Shown here: positions 12,732-25,580 of the stretch, piece after piece
Layout: the number at the start of each line of letters is the position of its first letter
Numbering within the stretch: position 1 is the stretch's first letter
Assembly: GCF_036321535.1 (NCBI RefSeq)
Contig: NC_087436.1
Span: 114,888,001-114,952,000 of the forward strand
Source: Camelus dromedarius
Lineage: Eukaryota
Reading direction: 5' to 3'
Length of the DNA: 64,000 bases
Made by a program: the position numbers and the translations under genes
Notes under the pieces: generated by a model
What the model saw: the letters and a program-made list of their open reading frames with translations, nothing else
Told to the model about the DNA's origin: nothing
The model's database searches: none

Positions 12732-13092
12732 TGTATGATTCAGTTTTGCTGCATTAAAAACAAAAATACTTTCCCCCACAAATCTCAAAGGCTATGACGT
12801 GTTTATTTCTCACATGTTGGCTACCGTGGGCCGGCTGCCACCCAGGAAGCAGGATGAAGGAACAGCTCTTGCTGGCGACTTGCTGTCTTTATTCAGAGAG
12901 AAATGAGCAGGAGAGAGCCTGCAGAAATGCATGCAATGGGTTTTAAATCTTCTGCGTAGACAGGGTGTGCATCAGGTCAGCTTGCAAATGGCATGGCCAA
13001 ACTCAGCATCCATGGGATAGGGTGGGAGGGTGTGCAGTCCACCTACAGGAATGGAGCAAACATGTGTAGGAACTATAGTAAAATCCGCCGCA
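12732..13092 (-). mobile_element. Old MaLR LTR (MLT1J/K-like)
   Basis: ttttgctgcattaaaaa…ccccacaaatctcaaaggctatgacgtgtttatttctcacatg…catggccaaactcagcatccatggga. Confidence 0.6.
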
Positions 13093-14409
13093 GAGGAACA
13101 GAGTGTTTGTGAGCTGGAGTGATGGAACTGTTTGGTCCTCTTGTTCTTTCTTTGCTCTGAATAGCTTCACCTCCTTTGCTCCACGGTAGCCTCCTGCTCA
13201 ACCTTAGGACAGATACGGACAGTTGAGGGGGCAAGACTGGTCTCTCACTCAGAGTGGGTCCTGACCTCCTGTGAAATGTATCACTCTCTCTTGTTTTCTA
13301 CTCATTTTATTTCCTAAGAGCCTAACATTGTCTCCAGTATAATGTGGACTCCTCAGAAATGGGTGCTGTAGAGAGCATAGTGGAATGTTTGTAATTAGGA
13401 AATGGCTAAAAAGTAAGCCTATCGTGGTTGCAGGGAATTGAGATGATGTTACAGGTGATTTTAGAAACCAAGGTCCATCGTTTTAATTCCCGGTATTGAG
13501 AAACAGTTTCCTGTGTGACTGTCTTCTTGTTGCCAGATACACAAGCACTGAGGAAGCAGAAACTTTCACGTGGATTTCTGTCACATCAAGTTAGTATCTA
13601 AATACTCTGAGATACCCAGAGAAAGGTCACCCCAAAGTACTAATCACCCTGCCTTGTACGTAGTAGGTCCTTCATAGATTTCAATAAGCTAATTTGCATA
13701 TATGATTTTACAAAGGGAAAAGAGAGAAGCAGGAACTTTAGCAATGAATCTAGTGGTATACTCGGAAATACTTCATGGACGGAGGAGCTAAGACACAGTG
13801 AGCACTTCTGAGGCTAAATTGTCTTAAAAATGAAAAAAGAAGCATCAGAAGGAGGAGGAGTAGGGGGAAAATAAGAAAAATACTGCATGGAAAATATCTA
13901 AAAATGTTAGTGATTAACCCATCACTGAGGTGTACTGTTGATATCAAGCATGTTCTGAGCCTCGGAGTGCATATGAAAATGGAGGGACCAGAAATCCATC
14001 CTCCTGGTTCTTTCACATCTGAAGGGTCATCCCAGAAGTCTCCAGCATGTGCAGTGCTGCAAGTCCTGTGCACTCCTGGCCTCAGGCTCTGTCCACTGAA
14101 TTCTCCACCCTTTCTCCTGCTGAGGGTTCTTAAGACCAAACTTTACCAGCAGACATTTTTTCTCATGTCACAGATGCTTTGCAGTTTAAAGGGGACAGCA
14201 AGGAATGAGTAAAGTAGGTGAAGGGATGGAAAGGAGAGAGGTCACCAAGAGAGAAAGGAAAGAGGGATAAAGAGGACAGGAAAAGAAGGAAGATACTGAT
14301 TTTGAATTCAGTGACATGAAGTTCTGAATGTTGTGTGCATATCTTTTGGGTATGGACAACAAAAGGAAAGCAACGCCTACCTCTTAAAAACTTCCTGCTG
14401 GACAAGTGC

Positions 14410-14600
14410 TTTGCTAGATGTTTAACCTCTATTACCTTACTCAGTTTCTATTTTCTGATGTAAGTATTATGACATCCTCTTCGAGGTGAACACACGGTGG
14501 CTCAAGGAGGGTGAGTGCCCAGATCAAGAGGGCTAGTCCGTGGGTCACGGATATTGTCCCCACTGCCATGGAGCCTGAAGCCAACTGCAAGTCAGTGTCC
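14410..14600 (-). mobile_element. MIR SINE relic
   Basis: gtgctttgctagatgtttaacctc…gaggtgaacacacggtggctcaaggagggtgagtgcccagatcaagagggctagt. Confidence 0.55.
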
Positions 14601-14757
14601 TTATTAAATAGACAGGACACGTTATTTAAATAGGCATGTAAACCTGAAAGCCAGGTAGGAAACACTGAGTGTCCTGGTTAATTTCAGGGAGCCTGTATGA
14701 GAAAACTGGACTAGAACTGGGGGCTCTGAGAGATGACTGTTAGAGTCAACCTGGTTT

Positions 14758-14990
14758 AACAGTGCATCTCAAGTATTTGGGGGAGACATTAATGTTCTGA
14801 GAAGGGGTACATGGTCAAGGCTTGATATATGCTAGGTTAGCTGCAGGACTTCTCAGAGCCTTTAATATGTTAATGTGCACCATGTCTCTCTAGAAGGAGG
14901 TCCAGCCTGCAGAGTTTCTCAAGTGTATCTTACTGTAGCCCCTTTACATCCATCTTTTGAGACTCCTTGTTCACAACACATACATTGTGT
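14758..14990. mobile_element. hAT-Charlie DNA transposon relic (Charlie4-like)
   Basis: gacttctcagagcctttaatatgttaatgtgcac…tctagaagg resembles the recalled Charlie4-family internal motif. Confidence 0.45.
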
Positions 14991-16002
14991 TGTAGTCCCT
15001 GACATAGGCTTGCAGTGAGGACTTGTCAGACAGCTGCCTGGGACTCCACGCTCCCTCCTGGGCACTGTCCCCATCTCCTAATCCCTCCACATAGTTTCCA
15101 CGAGACGCACCAAGTTCGTGTCAAATGGTCCTGCACCTTGGCTGCATCCATTGTTCCAAGGGTGAGCGCCGGACCTAATTTGGGCCATTCAAGATACTTT
15201 TTCAAGAATTTTAGAATAAAAACTGAGCTTAGTACCTCTGTGGGTGCCTGAAAGTAAGAGCAGGGAAAAAGAGCGACTCCCCACTGGTCCCACCGACTAG
15301 GGAGTGAGAGACGAGGATAAAGCAGATGCACACGGGGAAGTGGGAGGTGCGGCAGGAAGAGTCTCCAGCCCTCTGCAGAGCGCTGGCCCCAGCTCACACC
15401 TCTTCCCACTGCAATAACTCAGCTCTGGAATCCCATCAGACACCTGACATCCTCCCGTGGAATCCCCTTAGTGGTCTGAGCTACTTTACTCAGGATTTCC
15501 ATTTACATAAGCAACAAAGTAATGCAAGGTAATCAAAATGAATACCAAGTAATCAATCAAACAAATATATATATATATGTATATATATATAAATTATTTA
15601 AAATAAATACAATGCCAGTTTTGCTTGCACAGAATGAAAAATGAAAAAAAGGAAAGAGTACATAGAACCATAACAGTAGAATGTAAGTGGGAGGGAGAGA
15701 GAAAGCAGTCAGTAAGCCATCAGTGAGGTTTTAAGGATTTAACAAGAGCAGATTGCACTTCTTCCAAAAGACTGAAAAATTCTTTGTGTTGTTCAAAAAC
15801 ATTATCACTTTTATTCATTCATACTGTTGGAGTCTTCTTCCTCTCCCCCCCCCTCCTCCTTTTTCTTTTACTTATTCACAAAGGTCCAGGTGAAGACAGT
15901 GTCTGTGGTGTTAAGGACACACAGATGGGCTAGGCATGGTCTCTGCCTGAAGGAGGCTCACTGTCTATATGTAAAAATAACCCAAAATACACAGCTGTCT
16001 GA

Positions 16003-16436
16003 TGTGTGGTATGTTCTGCTTGTGGCCTTCAGATCCACTCCACACCCTTCCCCTGTTCTGCTCTGTATCACAGGGAGTGACCTCTGCTGAGTGCATGGCC
16101 GGCCTGTCTCATCAGCTGGCCAGTGGAGAACCTCTCAGGAGATTAGACAGTGGGGAAGGTGCCAGTGGCAGTCTGTCTGCCTCTCTCCCTGCTGGCTGTT
16201 CTGGCTCCTGAGGGCAGCTGCCCACGGCAGGGGTGAGTGTAAATCCTGAGTTCCTGGGACACAGGCCCGGCAGGGACAGCGGTTTCCTGCCACTGCCAGC
16301 CTCTGTGTGCTCTCACCGTATCCTCTTTGCTCTTTTAGCCCCTCCAACAATGGGGCAACCAGTTCGTTATATTAAATCACCTATTGTGCTCTCTGGCATG
16401 GCCTGCTTTTTTCCTGACTGGACCCAGACAGATGCG
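16003..16436 (+). mobile_element. ERVL solo LTR, LTR33-like
   Basis: 5' ccttcagatccactccacacccttcccctgttctgctctgt…gacctctgctgagtgcat; 3' attaaa…ttcctgactggacccagacagatgc. Confidence 0.65.
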
Positions 16437-16924
16437 TCATCTGAATGAACTAGGAATCCTAACAGAAGAAACCAGCGAGGGGAACAGGTCAGAAAAGTCT
16501 TCGCAGTGGAGGTGACTCTGATGAGCCTTTGAAAACACCCATAGGCATCGATCACACAAAGAAAAAAAGAAAAAAAACAATAGTAACTGTATTTTACCTT
16601 AACTTTGGAGTTCATTGGGTAAGATTTGTTTATACAGGAAAGCTGGGGCCAGGCTCTGTGTAGGTTCATGCATATGGTATCTGTCCAACTACAGTTGGGA
16701 TGCACACTAGGCACAGTGAGAGAGCCAGCATATTAGGGAAGCAGGGAAAGGTGAACTCACGGGACAATAAACAGATGCTTCTGATTGGAGCAAAGAGAAC
16801 AGCCAGAAACAGCAGAGATACAGAAGTAAAAATGACTTCTGAAGGCCAGCGTCGATAATATTGTTTGTAATGCTCTGTTATCTCATACAGAGAGTTTGCT
16901 CACCGCTAGCATGAGTAATGTGCT

Positions 16925-17340
16925 TATTCCTTCATTTACTCTTCCCTTTAGCCGGCATTTACCGAGCCCATGGCCTGCTTCAGGCCCCGGGCTAGGCGTG
17001 GACACGTAGTGAAAAGAAGGCTCGGCCCAGCACCGACAGTGCTCAGAGCCCCGGGCCGGAGGCAGGAAGGCGGCAGGGAAAGGGGGCTGGGCGGTTGTGA
17101 GAGGTATGCAGATGAAATGGCCAAAACTTGGCGACAAGTTTGGGGTCGATGGGGAGTGGAGAATCGGGAAATCAGTTTCCAGAGCTTCTGGACTGTCAAA
17201 GGCTGGGAAGGTAGTGGCACGCGGCAATCCTAGGACAGACGTGGATCAGGGAGATGAGTAAACCCCGAGGCTGGCAGGCGTGGTGGTCACCGAGGGACGG
17301 AGGGAAAGCTAGAATTCACACCGAGGCAGGGCACCGATGA
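16925..17340 (-). mobile_element. L2 3'-end relic, unusually CpG-rich
   Basis: ttattccttcatttac…catttaccgagccca…ccaggccccgggctaggcgtggacacgtagtgaaaaga parallels the antisense L2 tail (ttcattcattc…catttattgagcacc…ccaggcactgtgctaggcactgggga…gtgaacaaga); about 23 CpG by hand count. Confidence 0.5.
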
Positions 17341-17439
17341 CTTGCTGTTTTGTTTTCATCTTACAGATTATTGAGGATTGTGAAAGGGACACAGACTCAA
17401 GGCCATAGGCTCTTGTAAAAATTCATATGCGGTTTTGCG

Positions 17440-17640
17440 TCTTCCCTTGTGGGGGTTAAAACCCAGTTTCATGACTTCACTATTGTATGACTTTGAGCAA
17501 ACTACTTCTCAGCTCCAGTTCCCTCACCTCCAAAGGGCGACACCCCTGGACGAGATGAGTAATACCAGCACTCAGATACTGAAATGGGAGGGTCTAGTTA
17601 CTTGCCTGGTACGTGGTAGGTGTTTCCGAAATGTTTTTTC
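17440..17640 (+). mobile_element. MIR SINE relic
   Basis: gggttaaaacccagtttcatgacttcactattgtatgactttgagcaaactacttctcagctccagttccctcacct. Confidence 0.6.
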
Positions 17641-18622
17641 ATTTTTCATTCACCACTTGCTTTGTCTTATTAACCCCTGATATAAGTTTTCACATTCTAA
17701 AACATCAAATAACCTATTCTTGTTTTTTAGAAGATGACATTTACCCTCCTCATGAGTATGTTGATGAGGGAGGATTTTAATGGAAAATTCCATATTTTGA
17801 ATGGAAAAGAAAAAAAAAAAACAAAAACAAAGTCCTTAAGTGTACCCCAGACATCCAGGCATAACCAGAAATTAAGTACATTAAAAAGTACTCAGTTGGC
17901 TTCTCAAACACTTGGAGGTATTTTCAGGTATTTGAGGTTCTTCCATGTATAAAATATACAATGTTTTTGTAATACTGGTAATTTGGTGACAGATGCGGCT
18001 GAAATTCCATGTAATAGAGTATGTAAAAACGAGGAAGCAATTAAGGCATTTTTAGTTCCCTCTGAGGCTTGCAAAAATTGCTTAAATATAGCTATCCAAA
18101 ACAACATACATTTTTTATCAAAGCCAAATTTAAATGTTATTTAATACTCAACCTTTTGGCCGGGAATAGATGTCAAGTTTTTCTTTTTATTGTTATTTTT
18201 AATTTAAACAAATGTTGCCTTGGATTGCTTTCCCTTTAGTAGAATGTTTGTGAGTCTCAGAGGAAACGCCAAGCATGCTTTTTTTTTTCCTTGCTGTAAC
18301 ATTTACAAAGGATACTGGCTTCCCTAGTTGAAGGGAATGCTGCAAATAACAAATGTGTGCCCTAGCAGAGGGTCATTTCCCACTTTTTCCTCTTTATGTC
18401 TCTGCCATTTGGAATCGCATCCTCCTTTCAAGTCCCAACTCAATTTGCTTGTAGTGGAAAGAGCCTAGATTTTGCTGCCCTGGGAAAAACTGTAATAGTG
18501 ATGCTCTTGGGCTCTAAACTCAGGCAAGTCCTCTATTCAAATCCCTGGGCTGCGTGCTTAAGCTTGGTGAGCCTCACTCTTCCTTCCATGGTACTTCATA
18601 TGATTGCTGAGAAGAGAACAAA

Positions 18623-18830
18623 TGTAATGGCAGCTGTTGTTCCTGCCGCCCAACATCTACCCCCTCTTTGTCTGGGAATAACACTCCAGTCGTACTTTGG
18701 ATATCCCCATGATGAGACTGTCTGTCAAGGTGACCTGCCTCCCCTGGCCAGGAGATGGCCATGTGACCAAAGCGAGGCCAATCAGAGGTTTTCTGCCTGG
18801 AATTTGAGTCTTAAGGGGAGGGATGCTAAG
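18623..18830 (+). mobile_element. Old MaLR LTR 5' fragment (MLT1J/K/L-like)
   Basis: tgtaatggcagctgttgttcctgccgcccaacatc…ggccatgtgaccaaagcgaggccaatcaga. Confidence 0.55.
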
Positions 18831-20090
18831 ACAAAACACTTGGAGCTCTTCCTGTTGTTGAATGTGACGTCAGGTGATTTGTGCGCCAGGCTTACTGTCT
18901 TTAGTAATAGTAATATCATGCATGTATACTGAAGGAGGCCCTTTATATATGTTTGTAAATGTAATCCTTACCACAGCCTTACCACTGGGTACTGTTGGTA
19001 TCTAGCGTTTTACTCATGTGGAAACTGAGGTGCAGAGAGAAGGTTGTGCCTGAGCCTTATGCCCCCAGACCCAAGACAGAGTTAAGTATTTTCTCTTTCA
19101 GTGCACCTCACACCCAGTTTTACTATGAATCTCACCCTATGGTTTTAAGTTTTTTTTTCCCCTTTAACAGAATGTTTTTATCTATCTAGGACATAGGGAT
19201 GGTTCCTCCAAAGAATCACCCCTGTCCTTTCAGTATTTCCTGCACCGAGAGTGCTGGTACTTGTCAGTCTTTTCGTAATTGCTTGTTTAATTATTTTCAA
19301 CCTTGTAGAAACTGGTCTTACAGCAGTTAGAGACTTATATGCCCTAAATCCTGTATCAGAATCGATTCTTCATATTTGAAGGCTTGATCAATAAGACAAT
19401 ATTTAGCCAAAATATACATATGTATGTATGTATACATACATATGTATTTATTTCAGCATGAGTATTTGTTGGGTGAGTCTGATCTGAGGTAAGGGAGTCT
19501 GCATGAGTCTCACAGCCAGTGATGACAGGGGCCTGGTTTCCAAAGCAGAGAGAAGAGGACATGGAATTCTGGGGCAGTGGTGGCACAAGGGCCCGGGTGG
19601 CTGTCATCACAGAGCCCTTCCACAGGCTGGGGCAGACGCGGCGGCTGTGAAGATTTGGGTCCGGTGTTAATGACTGGCACTGCTGATGGTGGCGTATTCT
19701 TCCACTTGAGGTTACCATCTGAAATGTCTTCCCTCTATTAGATCTAGCGACCTGTATTCTAGTCATCGTGGTTTGCCACTAATTAGATTGCTTAACTGAG
19801 GGCACTGAGATTCAGAAAAGTGAACTGACTCCCTTGATCAAATGTTGGGTATGATGATTTGTGATACCTCTTTCCTATTATAAATTCCTATGCGATGCAG
19901 CTGTTACTCGACATATATGCTAGAAAAGTGTAGCCAAAGAAGAAGAAAAGAAATAAGCGACTGAGGCTGTTGCCACGACAGCTGTGCTTTAGCCTAGAAC
20001 AAGCTGGGAATGGGCTCCGCGTTTCCTATGCTGACCTCCCCTGATGTCGCAGCAAGTTGAACATTAAGATGCTCAACTCCAAGTTTTATA

Positions 20091-20121
<31 letters not shown>

Positions 20122-21674
20122 ACGTATTCTCTCTGCCTCTCCAACGTTTTAGGTTTCTAACATTCCTAATGTTCTACAGTCTTGGATTGTAGTTACCAAG
20201 ATAAATGACAAACTTATTTTTAAAAAGTGTGTTCCCTGGCGGCCTGACAAGCTGCTTTGGTCTGTTTCCACGTGTCCTCGATGAGGTACTTTGGCAAGCG
20301 CCTCTGAAGAAATTTTCATCTCTCTTGAGCCCAGATCCTAATTTTCTGAAAAATGCTTCTACATCTTCCATATGGATTTTTCACATGTTCCGTATCTTCT
20401 TGGGCCAAAGAGGTCTAAGTTAAAAACCGAGACTAGCGTTTTCATCTGGGAGGTCGGTACTGCCATCATCAGTGGATTCATTACTTCTCCTTGTCCTTGG
20501 TTTCTGCCTGACCTAGTTTACTCATAGTCATATTTTCTGGTAGTTGATTGATATTTAAAGCACATGCACGTACACACACACACACATAGTGAGCTTAGAA
20601 AGTGGCAAAGGAAGTCAAGTTCCATGTCCAGATTTGTAGAGTAGCAGTAATATGTCCTTGAGCATCAGATGATGTTTATCCACCCCACGCACTAGATGAC
20701 CTGAGAGGAGACTTTACGCATAAATATTTGATGTGACCAAGACTGATGCTGAGACAAAGTGGACCTACCCTTTCCTCCAAGTCTCCCCATGTAGCTGTGG
20801 GAAGTAGAATCTACAGGAAAATGTGCTGGCCTTGGAGTCTGGAAGGCAGAGTCCCCAACTCAGCTTGTATGTCGCTGCCTAAAGTGCTCAGTGGATCTTC
20901 TTGGCCAAGTCTCATGATCTCCCTCCCAGTTCCTTCAACTTTCAAACAGCCCTTGTTCTGCTTGTTCAGTGTAGCGTTGAACTGCAAATTCTCTTGCGAT
21001 ATGTCGAATATTACACATTAACATTTATTCTTATCTCCTCATGAGCAAATAATCATTTAAACTTCAGAGATTTTGTTGCTTATCAAAAATTGAAATTCTC
21101 ATCTCTCCTTATTTAATGATGTTCTATACCCTGGCCCCTCAAAAAGCAAATTCTTGTAGGTGGTGCAGCAAACTCAGGCTGGTTGTATATGGACAATGAC
21201 CTTCATTTATCAAAAAGCAGATAAACCAGAGAAAGCTGAGTAAATAATAAAATAGAGAAACAACTGAGTTTGACTTTTCTTTTGGTTAACTTTGTTACCT
21301 TTGACCCCATCCTTTTTGATTAGTTTAGTATTTGAATAGTCTGTGTTCGCAGACTTAAATTTGTTCTTGACTTTACACAATGGATGAGGGGAGAGCCTGG
21401 GGGAGAGTTATGTTTCCTTACCGAGTACCGATTTGATTTGGCTCATCTAACTGACTGGGAGGATGGCTGCTTCATTGAGACAGTGACGTACCTCACGGAG
21501 AACTTTGTAAGTCAGTCAGGTGCATATGAATGCACTGTGTCCTCCAACAGGCCAGCTCTCTAATACAATTGTCTGCTTTTTGCTTAGAGTCATCAAACCA
21601 CAACCTGCATTGGTGTTCCTCCCAGAACTATTTCCTTTTGAAGCAACACCCTTTGGCAGCAATTTGAATAGTAG

Positions 21675-22106
21675 TGTTTTTATGGGTTGAATTGTGTCCT
21701 CCTAAAATTCGTATGTTCAAGTGTAACCCCCAGGGCCTCAGGATGTGCCCTTATTTGGAGATAGAGCCTTTACAGAGATAAAAGTTACAATAAGGTCTTT
21801 AGGGTGGTGGGCCATAATCTAATATGGCTGGTGTCCTTATAAAAAGGGGAAATTCAGCTACAGAAACACACAATAGAGGGAAGGTGGTATTAGGGGAAAT
21901 AGAGAGAAGATGCCATCTACAAAGCAAGGAGAGAGGCCTGGGAAAAATTCTCCATCACAGCCCTCGGAAGGAACCAACCCTGCTGACACCTTGATTTTGG
22001 ACTTCTAGCCTCCAGAATTGTGAGATAATACATTTCTGTTCTTTAAGCCACCAAATCTCACCAAATCTGTGGTACTTTGTTATAGCAGCCCTTGCAAACT
22101 AATACA
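21675..22106 (+). mobile_element. MaLR solo LTR MLT1B/C-like, apparently full length
   Basis: tg…tatgggttgaattgtgtcctcctaaaattcgtatgtt…gaaggaaccaaccctgctgacaccttgattttggacttctagcctccagaa…ttatagcagcccttgcaaactaataca. Confidence 0.85.
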
Positions 22107-22376
22107 GTGTCCAGAGTGATGTAATTAATAGGAATGGTTCATTTTAGCTAATATGTGTTGAATGCCTACCTCATTTCAGGTCCACCACATATAGCAATGC
22201 CACTGTCAACACAAGGTAGTCAGTGAAGATCTCCATCAGGAGGAGGTGGCTTTAGAGGTAAATTATGGAAAATAAAAAGGAGCTAACTTTTGGGATTCTG
22301 AAGAGAAGAATATTCTTAGAAAGGGAATAGTAAATTTGGAGACTGATGGGATATGTAGCTCAATCTATTAAATAAA

Positions 22377-22944
22377 TATTGTAATTTGAAAAGACACATG
22401 CACCCCAATGTTCAAAGCAGCACTATTTATAATAGCCAAGACATAGAAACAACCTAAATGTCCATGAACAGGTGACTGGATTAAGATGTGATATATTTAT
22501 ACAATGGAATACTACTCAGCCAATAAAATAATGCTATTTGCAGCAACATGGATGGACCTAGAGATTGTCATTCTAAGTGAAGTAAGCCAGAAAGAGAAAG
22601 AAAAGTACCATATGATGTCACTCATATATAAAATCTAAAACAAGAAAAAAGAAGACACTAATCTAAAAAACAGACTCACAAACATAGCAAACAAACTATG
22701 GTTACAAAGGGGAAGGAGGGTGGGAAGGGATAAATTGGGAGTTTGAGATTTGCAAATATTAACTGGTAAATATAAAATAGATAACAAGTTTCTTCTGTAT
22801 AGCACAGGGAACTATATTTAATATCCTGTAGTAACCTATAATGAAAAAGAATATGAAAACAAATATATGTATGGCTGAAACATTATGCTGTACACCAGAA
22901 ATTAATACATTGTAAACTGACTATACTTCAATAAAAAAAAACAA
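22377..22944 (+). mobile_element. 5'-truncated lineage-specific L1 (ORF2 end, 3' UTR, polyA) inserted in an L2 relic
   Basis: gacacatgcaccccaatgttcaaagcagcactattt…gcagcaacatggatggacctagag…AATAAA-polyA. Imperfect TSD AATCTATTAAATAAA (22362-22376) / AACCTATTAAAGAAA (22945-22959). Confidence 0.9.
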
Positions 22945-23744
22945 AACCTATTAAAGAAACAGGAAGGCTAGTGTGGTTAGATTAAATTTACCAAAGAGGA
23001 CGCTGACACCAGGGAGATCAGAGAGATAAACCTGCTGAAAATCATGCAGGGCTCTCTGTTGTCCTAAAATATAGCTTAGCTCACTGGTATCAGCTAACAT
23101 ATGGAAGGCGTCTTCCTGTAAGACAGTTGTCATATAAACATATTTCTACAAAACATTGTGTTTAGATTTGAAAACAGTCTTATACTTTCTTGAAGCTCCT
23201 TTATAACCAATGGCTCAGGGACTTCTCAAACCCTGTGGTAGGTTGGAGGTAAGGGAAGCAAAGATTCAAGAGGAAGGACAGATTCTTATTTCAAATGAGA
23301 AAACTAAGACTGAGAATTTAGACGTACTCTTAGAGAGAGACTGAGTCGTCGGTCCTGGAGCACATAAATGCTGACCCTCAAATCTGTTTGACTGCCCTTC
23401 CTCACACAGTATATAAATAAGCACACCGCTGGGGAGTTAGCATAAAGTGGCCTGCACTGGAAAAGTCCAGCGATTGAAGTCCTGTTTACTCTGCAAGGTC
23501 TCTGCGCAAGGGCCACTTCATCCAGAAAATCTGCCTGTTTTGCTACTGAACCCAATCTCTCCCTCCTCTAAAATATACCTATCTAGGACATCACTCTATA
23601 TGTTTCTGTGTGCATGGCTTACTTCCCCCACAAGAGAGTAAATTTTATTCACTTAATAGCCTTCCATAGGGCATGGCTTACTTATACAGATGTATAGCCA
23701 ATGAATTAATTTGTGTCAGAGGATTGAATAAAACCATTAAATAG

Positions 23745-24270
23745 ACCATAAATTTTACTTCTTGGTATCTCCCCCAAAGAAGTGCCCATGCACAGACTTG
23801 GATGCAAATATTCATAGCATCTTTATTCAAGATAGCTCCCGAAGTTGAAGCAACGTAATGCCCATCAAGTGGAAAATGGATGGAAAATGGGTGGACAAAA
23901 TATGGTGTATCTGTGCAATGGAATAATGAGGAAAAAGCTACTGATGCAGGCTGTGTTGTGGTGGAACCTCAGAAACAATATGCTAAGTGAAAGGAGCCAG
24001 ACACAAGGGGCCACATGTTATGATTCCATTTATATGAAGCGTCCAGAAAAGGAAAATTTACAGAGACATAAAGTAGATCAGTGGTTGTCTGGGATAAGGA
24101 GATTACTATAATTAGCACAGGGGATCTTACTGGGGGATGAACATCTTCTAAAACTGACTTATGGTGATGGTTGTACCACTTGGTCAGTTAAGTAAAAATT
24201 ATTGAATTATACACATGAAAAAAAGTGGATTTTGTGATATTTAAATATACCTTAAGAAGCTGTTAAAAAC
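23745..24270 (+). mobile_element. Old L1 3' end (L1MB/MC-like)
   Basis: caaatattcatagcatctttattc…atgctaagtgaaaggagccagacacaa…gattccatttatatgaa…tggtgatggttgtaccac. Confidence 0.8.
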
Positions 24271-25409
24271 CCAAAATGATACCTAAGGCTATGGGTAGCT
24301 ATTCTAGAATTTAAAGTTACAGAGCAGCCTGCCAATTTATGTAACTATCACTAGCACCTGAAATCAGCTTTAGAAATTATGAATCAATAATCCTGTTTCT
24401 GTTTTGTCTGTGGTGGGGTAATATTCATATTTCCTCTTAATTTAAAGAATAAAGACTTGTCACACCACATCCAAGTGACCTGTGGTCTCGCCTCAACTTT
24501 TTTTTTTTTTTTTTGCCTAAATGTATGAACAGAAGAACAATCAATGAATCCTGATAACTTAAAAAAAAAAAAAAAACAGGTTCATTCTACCAATGAGACT
24601 GGAGAAGACAGCATTGGAGCTGGCATTCTTGCTCTAAATTTATTCACTGAATGTTTTCCTAGAAAAGACCGTACGTGGTATGCCCTCTCCAGAAATAGCT
24701 CATTAAAGCTTTTGCATAATGGATGGTGAAGTAGTTTGCAAAGGAAAACATAATTAGTCACGCAACCACGTCCTTCAACCTGAATGACAGGACCATTTCC
24801 TAAAAAACAAGGCCATTCAAAATAGCATTAGGTGTGCCCTTTTCTAGCGGAAAGGAGACTGGATCTTTTCACTGGCATGTATTTCAGCTATCCGCGGCAA
24901 CATCCTCTTAGGATCCAAGAAGTGCTCCAAAAATCTGCAAACTGTGTACCATATTAGGTTTTGAGCTGTTTAGAAGAGGAAACTCTGGCAGCCAATTGGA
25001 AGGAGCCATTTACGGCTATCAGGTCGTGGTGCTTGTTGTTCTTGGGAGTGTCACCAGTGGTCTTTGCCGTGGTTTCCCAGCCGGCTTCCCCGTGACATTG
25101 AAGGGGAGCCCTGGCAGAGGGCCCAAGTCCCGGGCACACTTTGGCCCAGCCACTTTCATTTTCAATATTGGGGTGAGAGTGTAGTAATTATGAACATTTT
25201 CTGGTGGAGACATGATTTTGGCTATTTTCTTCATTTTTTTTTTTTTTGGTGATATTATAAGAGCTGCTACTTCAAAAATAGTTTAGAATATCTTTTGGGT
25301 AACTTGAAATTTAAAATTATATAGATAAAATTATATACATAAAATATATAATATATTGTATATAATGAAATAATCAGAATGTAACTGGTATCAAAGAGAC
25401 CTGTAAGTG

Positions 25410-25580
25410 CTGAAAAACAAAAGCTAGTCAGGATTTTAGAGATCTGACTCCTTATTCTGAGGAGAGAAACTTGAGCCTGGAGAAGTTGGTCGCTATTCTA
25501 AGATCACACATACCACATTAGTAGCAAAGCCGGGACGAAGCTGAAATCATCTAGACTTTCAGTCCAGTACTCTCCCCACC
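25410..25580 (-). mobile_element. MIR SINE relic
   Basis: gaggagagaaacttgagcctggagaagttgg…ctaagatcacaca…ttagtagcaaagccgggac…cagtccagtactctcccc. Confidence 0.55.

Noticed and set aside
18396..18932. Longest ORF in the track (178 aa)
   Set aside because: Runs through an MaLR LTR relic and into MIR-like sequence; no recognisable domain or exon structure.
19946..20122. A24 tract as the tail of a retroposed insert
   Set aside because: No canonical polyA signal, and the only TSD candidate (AAAAGAAA) is low complexity; treated as a simple homopolymer.
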